Origin: Eukaryota sp. GEM-RC1
Lineage: Eukaryota
Reading direction: 5' to 3'
Assembly: GCA_040285855.1 (NCBI GenBank)
Contig: JAUFOQ010000013.1
Coordinates: 1,426,001 to 1,490,000, forward strand
DNA: 64,000 bases
Numbering within the stretch: position 1 is the first letter of the stretch; each line of letters begins with the position of its first letter. The translations under genes and the position numbers were made by a program. The notes under the pieces were generated by a model. That model did no database searches. It saw only the letters and a program-made list of their open reading frames with translations, and was not told the DNA's origin. This document shows, one piece after another, positions 22,778 through 35,930 of this stretch.

Positions 22778-24089
22778 TTAATGATGGATGGTCTAGGGAA
22801 CTACACTTCTTTGTATTTTTTGTGTTTTTTTAATTCGGTTTAAAAGTTTTTTTGTATTTTCTTAATTCGGTTTAAAGTTTGTTTTTGTATTTTTTGTGTT
22901 TTTTCCAGAAAGTGCATTTTGACTATTCAAGTGGTCATATGCTTCGAATTATGCAAGTTTCAGTAATCACACTAACTAATCAACCCATATTCAATAACAT
23001 TAAACTATGAATCTACTTAAAAAACCAGTGAACCTAATACAAGCAAGGTTCCAATACAAGCATAGTAAAGGGTATGTTTGTATAGTTTTTAAGATTGCTT
23101 GTGTTGGGAACCCGACGATGCTTGTATTGTTGTATTTTGAAACACGTGTTGTTTGGATTTGACATCGATGTTTATAGTCACTTCAGGCTTCAGTTAAATC
23201 AGAAACTATCAATTCTGAAGTGTTATCTGAAAGTCTGTTGATTTTTAAAGACTCGTATGATCCGATCCCTATTGGCAATTTTCAACTGTTCTAAGCAACA
23301 CACTGCCATACCTTGATTTTACGTTAGACGGTTTTTTTGTAGTCGTTTTAATTGGTATTGTTTAACTTAAAATTTCAAAACTACATCTCTAAATTGCAAA
23401 TTTCTTTGTACAGTGTGTCAAAATATGTTCACAATACTCTTGACTTCTGCAGACTTCTGATACCTCCACAATCTTTATTATCATGTACATTATTATTGGA
23501 CAGGAATGCCAGTATTAATATCAACTGCATCAGGTAAATCATTATTCTACATTTTATGTAATTAAAGTGAGGAAAACAAGGGTCCTAAGTTCTATCTAAG
23601 GAGGACATCCTTTATGACAATATTCACATCTGACTTGTCTGTTCTTCATGCCATGTCTATAAGATAGTTGTTTTACATGCGGGTCACATAGTTCTTTACC
23701 TTAACAATTTTAAGTGGAGACTTCTATTGAGGAAAATATTTTGTCACAAAAAATATATCAACATATGTCTGTCACATGGATGGTGAATTTACGACACTGT
23801 ATGTCATGTTCTAAGTCATGAGAAGAGAAGGAAAGACGGATTTCAAAGGAATTGTAAGATAACGACGATGTATGTTCATACGTGGCTAATGCAGCGTTGA
23901 TTTGCACAAAAAGAGGACGATAGCACTCTTTCTTTCGAATAAAATCATAAATCCCATAAATGGCATCATCAGCTGGAAGGTCGACAAGGTTCTTTGTGAT
24001 GTACTCATGTAAGGCTTCAAAGTCTGTGGAATTGAGTCTAAGGAATTGAGTCTAAGGAATTGTCTTGATTTGAACATCAACTATAGAAG

Positions 24090-24730
24090 TTATCTCATAT
24101 ATTTTCGTGTTCGCATTACATAACTTATCGATCTGCTATCCATGACCCTGTACGCGATCAGCTACATGCCATGTGCAAATCTTACAAAATTGAATCCTTC
24201 ATTGAACCTTTGCTGAGATCTCTTGACATCAATCAACATTCCAAAAAGAAAATTCTTATGGGCAAAGACGTGCTGACTTGATTATACCTTCATCTTCTGA
24301 ATCTCTGACAGTTATCGATGTTGTTTCAGTGGATGTGTGCAAAAAAAGTTGTAACAAGTTTGTTACAAAGGAAATCTCACCTTTAGACATTGCTGAAAAC
24401 AACAAGCAAAAAAAGTATGCTGATCCTTTGAAAGACCTGGAAACACATTGTCCATGTTGAATATTCACTTGTCCCATTTGCGATTTCCATATATGGTAGA
24501 TTAGGCAAATTGGCCTTGAAGTTCCTTGATGAATTTGCAAAGGTTGTAGCTCGTAGAACTAACAAAATATTTGATCGTTCTTTTGGCAGAACCGAATTGT
24601 CTTTACGATTCTAAAGGCAGTTCCCACAATGATTTCAAAAGCTTTGTTATTTCTAAGTGTGTTTTAAGAAGACAAAGCTTCAACAAGGTTCGATTCGAAG
24701 AAATCTTGTTTTGATGACATTGAGTATTAG
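24090..24730 (+). mobile_element. 3' part of a CRE-like RLE non-LTR retrotransposon; its AATAAA/poly(A) tail resumes after the hAT at 26737-26781
   Basis: HDPVRDQL..IEPLL..RRADLII..VIDVVSVD..AENNKQKKY..PFAISIYGRLG (PD-D/ExK RLE motifs), ending DDIEY-stop at 24730. Confidence 0.75.
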
Positions 24731-26728
24731 CAGGAGTTGGAAAAATTGCATTGCCAATTAATTGTTCTCAGTTTTTCAGGGGCAATGAATTATTGCAATT
24801 ATCACATCTGCTGCAATTAATTGGGCAATTAATTGGTTCGTGATACAGTGACTATTGGCACTTTTCAATAAAAGAAAGTTCAAAAGTTTGTTCTTTATGA
24901 TAACAAACTAGTCTTCAGTGTACAATGTACTGTCGGCAGCAAGTAAACGGAGTATATCTTCACTTAAAAAGTCCCAATTGTAGTGAAGAAAAAGCTGCAT
25001 CTCTAGATGCTCATCACTCAAATTATGTCTATGCAATCCAATCACTGATTTAGCTCGACTAAACAACCGTTCTACTTCAACAGAAGTCGCCTGAATAAAG
25101 GATAGATCAATGAATTCTTTCTGTTGATCGACTTTCCGAGCCTCTTTTCGGTCTTTTATTCTCTGACTTACTGATCTTTTTTCACCAGCAGAAGGAGCCG
25201 ATGAAGAAGACTGCGAAGACGACATTTGCTGAGATCCTTCTGTTCTAAAAGAAGCCAAAGTAGAACGCTCATCATAAGTTAAAGCAGACTCGTTGTCATC
25301 CAACACCTTCACAACTGCAATTTCAAAGTCTGGTGAATGCATAATCGCCGAAGGATATGACGTATATTGCTTCATCTCAGGGAATTCTTGGTGGAGTTCT
25401 GAGAAGATGTCTCGTGTTTCGGCAAGAGTCACTGACTCATACTGGAGCAATTTGTTAACTTCTTCCAGGGTATCAAATTGTTTTTTAAGTGAATTAAGTT
25501 GCCGTTCTTCCACAGGACTGGGTAGGGCCTCTAATATGTCAGAACCGGCAGACTTAAGTGTTTCGGATATTTTCAGATACGAGCGAACAAGAGAAAATGC
25601 AGAAGTCCAACGAGTGGCACACCTTCTAGAAGGAACGGAAATACTTGCTAAAGAGAGTCCAAGAGCCCACTTTGAAGAAGATATGCGTGCAAACAGAAGG
25701 TCAAGTTTTTGAAAAGATTATTTTGGTCTAGAAAGTGATTCCGGAGCTCTAATTGGAACCGATGGCCTGCACAACCAACAAAAGGTGCATTTAGAGTAGT
25801 TGCAAGTGACCTATTAGTGACGCAATTATCTCCAACTATAAATTTAACGTCACTAAGGGACAAATCATAGTCAGTAAGAGTTAGATCAATTAAAGTCACA
25901 AGAGCATCCACTCCAAAATAAGTTTGGGTAACAGAAAAGTCTTCAATTTCGTGCTCCACAGCTGATGTAAACGGACGAAGACCCATTAATAGAGGTCTTT
26001 TATGAGCTGGAGTACAGCAAAAGATTCCCAAATAGTGTAACCTAGACCCATCTTCTTGCCAGGCATCCAACAATAATCCAAAAGGGGGCTTGATGTGACT
26101 CTTCATGTAGTCTCTAACAGAGACGAATGCTTTTTTCATGTAGTTCACCAACGTCTTGGAGGAGATTGTGCGCTTAATACTGGAAAATTCCCTATTGAGT
26201 TCGTTTTCCACAAAGTTGAACGGTCTGAGGCCTTTAATAACCCACTTCATCCATTTAAAGTATTCTGAGTATTTGTCTTCAATTACAAATGTATCAAGGG
26301 TGCTCATTTTGCCCTTCATCAAGTCATTGTACTCCTGTTGAAGGTCAACATGTTTTGTTCTCAGATGGTTGGCAAGGTTTGTCCACCCGTTACCTTTCAC
26401 CACCATTGCTTTGCACTTACAAGTGTAGTGTTGCCCTTTGACGTGAGCACTTTTTCCAGAATCGGACGGAGAAAAGAAAGTCAAGCACAGAGTACGATTG
26501 TCGGTAGGTAAAGGAAGCAAAGAAGACATTAATGATAGGGAAGTGTTTTATTGTACATTTGCATTCTGTGATCTGTTTGTAATTTCTATTCATTTCGTGC
26601 ATTTAAAACACCCGTGATAATTGCAATTAATTGCCCAATTAATTGCCCTCCTATTTTGGGGCCAATTACTTATTGCAATTAATTAATTGGCAATAATTTA
26701 ATTGGCAATGCAATTTTTCCAACTCCTG
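24731..26728 (-). mobile_element. Near-intact autonomous hAT DNA transposon
   Basis: 31-bp TIR CAGGAGTTGGAAAAATTGCATTGCCAATTAA at both ends, perfect 8-bp TSD AGTATTAG (24723-24730, 26729-26736), and subterminal GCAATTAATTG repeats. Confidence 0.95.
24908..26529 (-). CDS. hAT transposase (~540 aa; one 1-nt frameshift at ~25710)
   Basis: BED-like finger CKCK..NLANHLRTKH, LLDAW (D1), VGDN (D2), CAGH (CxxH), RWTS, ATSVEVERLFS (E) and dimerization domain. Confidence 0.9.
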
Positions 26729-27179
26729 AGTATTAGATCATCTTTTTTTTATTTTCGAATAAATATCTTTCTTAAAAAAAATAGAAGATACATTGTACTA
26801 GTACATGTACTGTGAATTTCTTTTCGGGTGCTTAACACCATTTTCGCTACATTGTACAGACTCCTAAAACGTTGTTCACTGTCATTCTTTTCTTCGTTCT
26901 TTTTCCTCCTGTGTCATCTGTTTCGATCTTGTTATGCCTTACAGTAACCTTCCTCCACCTCCTAGTGCAATTGCTGTCAAGGAAAACTCGATTGGTTTGG
27001 TTTGAATTCTTTGAGGTATCATACCTCTTTATATACACTTGTTCGTGGATTTCGCTATTCGGATGCTGTGATTTCCTATTAGCAAGATGTTGGATAATCG
27101 ATTTCCCCTCCTTTCTAGTCGATAGATGTACTAGGTTACTTTCACCTCTTTAAAGATAATGGGTTATCTTGACCAACTT

Positions 27180-28182
27180 CTATTGCATAGTTCCCGACAT
27201 ATTCTCAAACGATATCTGGTTTGAATTCATCAATGAAATGGGAAATGGAGTCGGTGCAAGTATTTATCCATGTGATTATGATGGCATCTCAGTTGCTCTT
27301 AAACCAGGTCTGAGCAACGATCAGAACGATGCAAAACTCTTACAAGAAGTTTCCCACATGGCATCTGTATCTCATCCATTTGTCCTTCCTCCTTCTCAGT
27401 CCTTCGAGTGTTTGGTATAACTAGACTTCCGAATCACATTGGTATCTTGATGGAACTTGGTTCTGGACATTTACAAGTTCCAACATCTCTCTCCCACCAC
27501 TCTTTCACAGGCCATTGACATGTGCACTGCTGTCCAGCATCTACATTCAAGAGACCTAGTTCACTATGACATTAGACCACAAAATATCGGTTTGGTCAAC
27601 TCTCAAGCTAAACTGGCAGGTTTTGGTTCTTCACAAACTATTGACAACTCCATCACTATTGAAATCACCACCAAATATACTCCCCCAGAAGCTGTTGACA
27701 GGGTCTATGGCTTGGCATTTGATGTATACAGTCTTGGAATATTGTTATATGAAATGTTTGCCAATAGTCTTGCCTTTGAACATATCAGAGATGATGAAGT
27801 AGCTATGGCTAAACAACAGAAACATGTATTCAGTTTTCCTGATGGTTTTCCTCGATCAATTTCCTCTTTAATTACCAAATGTCTTTCAGTTAATCCTAGG
27901 GAAAGACCTTCTATTAATGATGTCTTGAAGACCCTTAAGGAGGCCAATAGTCTTGAATTGCCTCGCCTTGTTCATCAAGATCCCGTTGGACATGACCAAA
28001 TGACAATTTTCATCTCTAGATCATCTCATAGTAATCCATTAACACTCAATGTACGGCCATATCAAACCATTGGAGAAGTCAAGGATATGATTTACCAAAG
28101 AGAAGACATTCCGCTTGACCGACAACGACTGGTTTGTGCTGGGCAACAGTTGGAAAATGATTTTACTCTTCAAGACTACTAG
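27180..28182 (+). pseudogene. Truncated inverted duplicate of the RING-pseudokinase-Ubl gene (copy E): no RING, no CBM48
   Basis: Near-identical protein to 11157-12692 (HYDIRPQN, AGFG, same Ubl). 17-nt insertion with duplicated GTCCTTC at ~27382-27405. Stop after TLQDY. Confidence 0.85.
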
Positions 28183-28284
28183 TATGATTTTTTCGAGGAA
28201 AAGTAGCTATTCCTCTACCATAGATTTAGTTCTTACTTTTACTGACCTTGAAATTGATGATCTTGTTCCAAGGACTGAGGATCC

Positions 28285-28860
28285 GAATTGGAGAAAGACT
28301 AATTATTGAATGTATGATTAATGGATTGTATTGATTCTAAAAGTAACTTTTAGGATCATAGTGTTGTGTCTTTTTCAAATTTCTCAAAATCTTTCGTCAA
28401 AGTCGACGAGTACATATACTTTGCACTTGTCTAGTCTTGCTTTTTGGCATCTTCCGAAAAGAAGATCTATTTTTTAGTAATTCCAGAATCTTTCTGTGAT
28501 AAGAACTCCTCAATTTTCGAATAGTTGGGTTATGTGCACGGTATATACCAGTTGGAGGAAAGCCCTTTATTAGGAGAAGAACCTCTCTTGAAGTGATATG
28601 AAGGGAGAAAAACTATAAACTTTACCATACTACTTATACTTTTTAATTTTGGATCTTGCAATGCTTCTTTTACTGGAGAAGAGGGAGAAGACATCGTTAA
28701 GTGACGTGATTCTCATCTTAGAGAGAGAGTAGTTGGTGAGAACACAGCAACTAGCAGATAGAGCTGCTAGTTCAAAAACCTTCCCTTCACTATTTGGTAA
28801 GAAACGTGGAAAACGCTTTTCATAAACCATCACCATCCTTGTTGGAAACAAAAGGAAATC
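28285..28860 (-). repeat. Dispersed repeat of unknown type, inverted copy of segments at ~35440-35545 and ~37040-37270
   Basis: The reverse complement of 28290-28510 aligns by eye with 37050-37260, and 28740-28840 with 35440-35540. Confidence 0.7.
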
Positions 28861-28869
28861 TATTGACAT

Positions 28870-29440
28870 AAGTATGAAGAAGAAACAAAGATGTTGACAT
28901 CACGCCAAAGAGGAATTACATGAGTTGGAAGAAGAAGGAGTTGTTCTGGAAGAGGAAGTTCTTGTCCAAGTGACAAGAAACGTTTAAAGTTACAAGAGAA
29001 GTCTCTTGACTTCTTGGATCCAAAGCACAACCTTGTTGGTAGACAACAGACTGGCAAATTGTCATTGTCTGAGGAAAAAACTGAGGACATTGAAAGAAGT
29101 GTTGCACAGTTCCTTGGAAAACTTAAGAAAATGTTTGATGAAGGAAATGTTGAAGACTCATGTATTGAAAATTTTGACAAAAGCTATTTTATACTGAAAT
29201 ACAGATGATGGGAAAACATTAGCTCCCTGTGGCACTCAACGTATTCAATATCTTGATGTCGTTTCAGTAACTATTGGTTTTACAATGCTGGTTAGACTTA
29301 CTGGTGGTATTTCGGACAAAATTGCTCCCACTATGATTTATTTTTAAGAGCACTAATGAAGGTACACAAATTAGAAGACTGATTGATAATGTTGCTAACG
29401 TTTCTTATACTACCTCCAAACATGCATTTATGACGAGCTA
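28870..29440 (+). mobile_element. pogo/Tc1-mariner (DDE_1) transposase relic
   Basis: RQQTGKLSLSEEKTEDIERSVAQFLGKL..IENFDKSYF..DGKTL..YLDVVS..TMLVRLTGG..DNVANVSY matches the pattern of pogo-like DDE_1 transposases; disrupted. Confidence 0.7.
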
Positions 29441-30789
29441 AAGACGAGCTGTGGACTTTGTGAGGCAACAGGACACAATAGAAGAACGTGCCCTCAAAGA
29501 AAGGATGGCCCTGAACCGGCTAGACAAGTTGCAAGAACAGAAGACTAGGGTATAGCTAGAGTTTTATGTCACTTCTCTTCTTCCAGTTCAAATAAACAAC
29601 TTCTCTGTCATTCTATGTAACCATAACACACACATCGTTCACCTGAAGATGAAAACACATGCTTTTGGATAACAAGCCTGTTAGTGGCATCTCAAAGCCC
29701 AAAAGTTGTTTAGGAGCAACACTTCCTCCACGTCACCATGGAATATGCTCTTTGGGGATACATCACTGACAACGTTTCTTTGCAACTGTTGCTTTGGATG
29801 TTCTACACACCAACTTCATTCGGAGATGAGATTCTACTTTGTATTTTGCTGTGGAAGTTGTCAATCACTTGTAATTGCACTTCAGCAATCACAGATTTGT
29901 GACCTCATGATATATTTTTGTCGCATGACAACAATTGTCGTGATTGGTTTTTGTATATTTATTTATTTTGTATATTTAGTTGTATATATAGGTTGACTCA
30001 GACTTAATGGTGCTATATTTTTCGAATAGAAAACTGAACAAGACTGATTGATACGGAAGGCGACGCTTAATTTTTCGTGATAATGCTCCTGTTCATAATA
30101 CGACGCAATCAGAGACTCGCTTCTTTCCTCCTAACACTTCAATTAGCGGACAGCTTTAGAATTCAGAAGATCAAAGCAAAATGGTTGAGAAAGTGGAATG
30201 CAAAATCAACGAGAACTGATAGAAAATCACCAATATTCGGCATCTGGAAAATTGTCAAGCCCCAGAAAGCGCTTCTTTATTCAGGGACGTAAACGAGGAA
30301 ACGGATGGAGACAACATTTCCTTCGCTCGGAAGGCCATGATTCTTTGTAGTCTTTTATACAACACAACTGGAAGTTGGGAAGTGCAACAATTGAAACCTG
30401 AATTACACGAAATTGTACAAAAGTATGCTGAAGAATTAAGGAGCAGACAATGACTTGTTTTAGGATCAATTTGGCGTTCTGAGTAGATAACATAAATTAA
30501 AACACAATAAATACTAACAAGTTAGGTGAACAAATGAATCCAGACTAATTCTTATTTTCGGAGTAGAAAAAGCTTTATAAGAATTAGTATGGTCCAGACT
30601 ATTTAAACCGATTGGTGTAATCTACTACAATAGAGATGATCATGTTAATGAATGTTTGAGAATTGCAAACTTAGTTGGGAAATACACCACCTCCGAAAAT
30701 AAAATAGAAAAATTACAATTTTCTAAGATAATAATAATTTATTTCCAACTGTGGTCCAGTGGTTACGATGCTTTGATAAGGCATTGGGA

Positions 30790-31173
30790 TTTTCCTCTTG
30801 AAGTGGTTGAAAAAGGAAATAATACAAAGTACTGTCACTTAGTTAACCAATTGAATGTTGACAGGTACAATTCTTTTGTGTTTCAACCTTTTGCGATGTA
30901 GATATACGGTAATATTGGACCAGCTGCACAGGGTTTTTCAACTTCCTTTGGTAAATTGTGTTCTGAGTACGGTAAAGTTTTCAATGAAAATTTTTGGTTG
31001 AATAGGTTAACGTTTGCGTTGTTTCGATCAATGCATAGATATTTTAATTCAATTTTAGGTAAGTTGTTCGGTGATGGACAGAAGGATCATAGTTTAGATA
31101 CTTTAGTTAGTGTCTGTTAGTTATTAACTTCTGCAAATGCATATATTTCACTGATTGATCATAAACCCGTTTT
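30790..31173 (+). mobile_element. 5'-truncated copy of the CRE-like element at 51304-52908
   Basis: LEVVEKGNNTKYCHLVNQLNVDRYNSFVFQPFAM...LDTLVSVC-stop, with the same 3' UTR ending GATCATAAACCCGTTTT. Confidence 0.85.
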
Positions 31174-31289
31174 CGTATACATAATAATATTTTGTTATTT
31201 TCATTTGTTCAAATATTAGAATTTTCGCTTAATATCATCAATCAATGTCAATTTCGATTGGCTCCCAATCCTGAGACGTGATCAGATTC

Positions 31290-32778
31290 TACGTTCTGAT
31301 TTACCACCAACATTGTCATTTGTTTGCTTCTGCTCATTTTGGTGGTATTGGTTTCACCAAATCGTCAATTCTTTGCAAATCTGCTTTTTTAGGGGGTGGA
31401 AAAAGATTCATTTTTGAATTTGTTAATCGATTTCGTAATGATATTTCACTTATCAACCCCAATTCATGTAAAAAAAATTATTTGACTTAAAAGAAGCGTT
31501 GATGAAATTACCTTTTGATTTTTGGTCTCAATGTTTCCCAGAATCTGTATCTGAAATACCCGAAAGGTGTTTGACTAATCTTCAGTTTTGTTTGAAAATA
31601 TTACAACAGAAACTCACAAATATATTTGAAAGCTTGGATTAGAATGTTCGACTTGAAAAAAAATCCCTCTTTGCAAATATCCTAATGGATGTTTCAAATA
31701 GCTCTGCTTCATGTCTGATTACTCAAATCCCTAAAGTTTACGGTCTTTTTCTTGATGATAACTGTTGGTCATTAAGCATGTGTTTACGGTCATTTATTTG
31801 GCCTGATAACCTTCCACATCATTTGAAATGCCAATGTGGGCAATCTGTAACACCTACACATTTATTGAATTGAAACCGTATTATTTCTTTTAGAAGTAAG
31901 GTTCATGATTCAGTAGGGGATCAATTATATTGTATGTGTAAATCTTATGGAATAGTTTCCTTTTTAGAACCAGTTCTGGCTGGTTTGTTTGATGATACAG
32001 ATGTTGACAAATCGTTTGGAAATAGCCGTGGTGATGTCATATTTCCTGGTCTCGGTGGATCTTGCATTATTGCTGATGTTATGAAAACTTTATTTGGCAC
32101 CCAATAAGGTATCCTTCCTACAAAACTATGAAATTGTAAAAAACAAATAATACCAAGATTAAGTCGAAACGACTTCATCACCACCCCTTTAAAGATAATA
32201 TTTGATTTAGTTTTTCTTCAATGGTAGTTAATGAACCCTCCAATTCTGAATGAATTTTCTCATAATTTCCCAAAAATGTACCAAGGAAACGAAAACAATT
32301 GTTTCTGATGTTATGTCTATCGATGTTTGTAATGATTCCAACAAAAACTTGCTAAAGCTAATACTAAAATCCCCTTGTTGATTCGTGAAAAATTTAAAAT
32401 GGAAAAATATTGTGCTAAATGGAAATTATTGAATTCGGTTTCACACTCGAATTACTTGTTGTACCCTATTATATTTTCACTGTACGGTTCTTTAGGTGAA
32501 TCGGCAACATCACTTGAAATCTTTGTGAAGATAGATTGTAAAAGAAAAAACATCTAGGACTTTCGATCTTAGATTTTGGAAAAATCGAACAGTGTTTGCT
32601 ATCTTTAAAGGTATGGTGACTTCTGTATCTATCGCTTTATTATCTCTTGGTAGACATTATGAGGATAATGTAGATGAGAATTTCCAGTGGGGCAATCTGG
32701 ACTTTGAGGATATTGATTATTAGATGTATGTACACTGTAGTGTTGTTGTCAATAAAGAAAAGGTAATTAAAAAAACAG
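31290..32778 (+). mobile_element. Degenerate CRE-like RLE retrotransposon (thumb, CxCG..H zinc finger, RLE), poly(A)-ended
   Basis: FASAHFGGIGFTKS, KCQCGQSVTPTHLLN, HDSVGDQL, LEPVL, SRGDVIF, KMEKY, FSLYGSLG; AATAAA and A-run at ~32751-32776. Confidence 0.75.
32084..32304 (-). mobile_element. 221-nt internally deleted retroelement derivative nested in the CRE relic
   Basis: Flanked by 11-bp direct repeat CTGATGTTATG (32073-32083, 32305-32315). Removal restores IIADVMSIDVC. Contains an FLGTFLGN RT piece fused to the 16810-16910-type 3' UTR. Confidence 0.75.
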
Positions 32779-32976
32779 TGATTGTTTACCATTTGCAAAG
32801 TGTATCTGGAACTTTCATCATATCCAATTTAGTGTCTTTGATTGCGTCTTTTGATCATGTCTCAATTATACAACAATCCCAATTAATCAGTTTTATCTGT
32901 TTAACGACCAATTCAAAATTACTGGCCATAAAAAATTGTTTTTCACAGAAGATGACTATGAATGTTGTGTTTTTTA

Positions 32977-33450
32977 CAGTGTTGTCAAATGCGCACTTTT
33001 TCCAGAAATGAAATGCGTCAAAATGCGCCAAATGCGCGCATTTCTGCGCATTTTGACGCATTTTGGCTAAATGCGCGCATTTACGTGCGCATTTTGATTT
33101 CGAACTTGAGAGTCTCAAGTTCGAAATCAAATGAATAAATTATTTATGGGGTGTCTCAAGTTGAGACACCCCATAAATAAAAATCTTTTTCGTCGTGCTG
33201 ATACATATCCTCGTAATTCTCTATATTCCATATCCCTTTCGATATGTATCAAAATCCCACGTCATTTGGCATCACGCTACAATTGTATACCAACCTCCTT
33301 CCAAAGGTTCTGTTGTATCAGAAGCTACAGTTCATTGTCGTCATTGTGTCCACCAGTCCGTCACTGGAACTAATCGTTTGAAACAACACTTTGTACCGGG
33401 GACGAGTGTTTTCTTGTTCAAAACTGTGTTCAGAACTTGTTGAAAGTCTT
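32977..33450 (+). mobile_element. Left end of a hAT element: terminus, AAATGCG subterminal repeats, two palindromes and a BED-finger relic
   Basis: CAGTGTTGTCAAATGCG start; many AAATGCG/CGCATTT repeats at 32987-33095; SHVIWHHA..VHCRHCVHQSVTGTNRLKQHF is a BED zinc finger. Confidence 0.65.
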
Positions 33451-34649
33451 TAAGCTGAGTTGAGAGCTCGAAAACGAACATCCTCTTCTCATTGACCAAT
33501 CTCATTAAACAACTGTTACTGTTGATCACATACTCTATACAGAAAATGTGTTTCAACTTTAAGGTCAAACAGTGGACGTTGGTGTCTTAATAAATGGTAT
33601 TTAAACCATATTTCATTCAGTATTTTTTATATTATTAACCGTTTATGGTTTTGTATCGATTTGCATTGTTCGTAAATATGGGTTAAACAGACTTTTGATC
33701 AAAAGTTTTGGTTGAATCCCACTAACTTCACAGATTTTATACCAATTCACATTGTGATACTGGTTTCTGTGAATCTTTCTTTGTATACTCAAATACTACG
33801 ACAAGACCACTAACAACGGATTGTAAAATTAATCAATGTCAGTAAGTAATATTTAAAATATACTAGTGAACTATCTAACCAAAGGAGACACCAATATCTT
33901 CAACAATAATCTCTTGGTCAAACAATGTTTTCATTAATCTCAATCTCATTACTTATCGAGCCATCTTGAATGAAACTCTGTACTGGGGCGAGTGCCTATG
34001 GAACTAAAGCAATTGGGTAAAAATTGAGACACTTCATTGTGTCTTTGTGTCCTTGAAATCTACATTGTGACTGTACAAACAAACAAACAATACTAATACT
34101 CGATCCGAAGGACTTCATCCCTATCCGGTACAAGATTTTGTTTTTCAACATCAACCTTCACAGCAATTTTTTAAAGTTTCGCAACTAATCAAAAGAAATA
34201 GAAAGGGATATGTCAACAAAAGGAAAACACAAAACTGTGTTTCATGAAGACGTACTACACTTACTTTTTTTTTAATATAATGATTCTACGAAAGACCTTA
34301 ACCATTAATCATTCATTTTAAAAGGCTGGTACATTGGAAGGCACAGTCTGTAATTCAAAACTAGCTAGGACGATTATCTATTCGTGTTCGGAATAAAGTT
34401 TTTTAAAACACTGATTACCATTGTAAAATTCCCACGACTCACTGCTAAAAATTACTTTTATTATGAAACCACTAATTTTTTAAAGAAATCTTTGAGTTTA
34501 TTTGGAGAAACAATATAAGCATACCATCTTCGATCCTTGTATTGGGATCTCAATGATAATCAAAATAGATGTCCGTGTGGTACAGTACTGCCTCGTACAT
34601 CGTTTGCATTTTGAGGCAAATGGTGTTGTTGGTTTGATTGCTAAATAAT

Positions 34650-34822
34650 CTAACAGGTTTGCGTTGTTTCGTTCAATGCACAGATATTTTAATTCAATTT
34701 TAGGTAAGTTGTTCGGTCATGGACAAAAGGATCATAGTTTAGATACTTTAGTTAGTGTCTGTTAGTTACTTACTTCTGCAAATGCATTTATTTCACTGAC
34801 TGATCATAAACCCCGTTTTTTT
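34650..34822 (+). mobile_element. Short 3'-end copy of the 51304-52908 CRE-like element
   Basis: FALFRSMHRYFNSILGKLFG..LDTLVSVC-stop and 3' UTR ending ATAAACCCCGTTTTTTT. Confidence 0.85.
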
Positions 34823-35579
34823 ACTACCTTATCTAAACTATGATCCCTCTGTCCGTCACAATACTTGTAGAGATTGGTTCGTCTTTTCAATCAGTACTGA
34901 GTGTCAGTTGAAATTTTTAACCATTTCTGAAATTGTGTACTTATACCTTTCCTAAATTTAAAGAATTGGAAAAGACTTACCAATGGAACCCCTTTGTAGA
35001 TTAACTCTATAGTGTTTGTGAATGGGATATCAAGAACGACACTTCTTCAAACGGTTTATTTTTCGTATTAATTAATAATATGTTCTATTCGGGATGTACA
35101 TGTATCCTTGTCCTTCTCCTTTTTGTTGCTCATTTATTGCTGATACCTGTTCTGTTGTTGTTGTTCTGTTTGACCATTTCCCTTCAGCTGTTACTTCTCC
35201 TAATGCAGTTCCTCCTTGATCTCTAGATTCTTCTCGTGATTCTCATGAAGTGCCACAGTACTTTCTTCTGTATAAGTCAGTCTTACCTTCTACTTGACGG
35301 GTAAAGGCTATTGTTGATCTTGAGTAATTATTTCGTGGATGGTTTCTACCTATAGGAATGTTTGTAAACAGATTACGAGAGTTTTCTGAAAAAGATCAGG
35401 ATTAGTCTTGGTGTTTCAAACGTGTTCTTGCTGAATTACAAGATGTGGCTCATGAAAAGCTTTTTCCACTTCTCTTAGAAAATAGGGAAGAGAACGTTTT
35501 TGAAGTAGCAGCTCTATCTGATAGATGCTGTGTTCTTGGTGTCATCAATTGATAAGTTTGACACCAGTAAGGGGGATCT

Positions 35580-35930
35580 TTGAACGCCTCTGAAGAAGCC
35601 TTCGCTTTACTCGAAAAAGTTTGCTCAATCTTTGGAATCCCAGCCGCTGTCCACAGTGACAACGGACCCGAATATGCTAACCACATATTCGAAGAACTAT
35701 GTGACTTCCTCAACATTTCGGTCTCAACTGCTATTCCCCATTATCACCAGAGCAACGGTGTAGCAGAACGCCGTAAACGTGACTTCTTACACACTCTGAG
35801 GAAGCTCCTGGCGGACTTCAATGACTACGACAATTGGTCTGGGTACTTACCCATGACACAATTGTTAATCAATTGTACCAAATGCCGAAGGTCAGGTTAC
35901 ACACCTTTTGAGATGGTGTTCGGTACCGGG
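35580..35930 (+). mobile_element. Retroviral-type (Gypsy/Ginger-like) integrase core fragment
   Basis: FGIPAAVHSDNGPEY..HQSNGVAERR..NWSGYLP..GYTPFEMVFG (second D and E of DDE). The N-terminal part is missing. Confidence 0.85.

Noticed and set aside
22805..22905. Short tandem T-rich duplication (TTAATTCGGTTTAAA x2) after the RRM gene
   Set aside because: Low-complexity 3' UTR slippage; no evidence of function.
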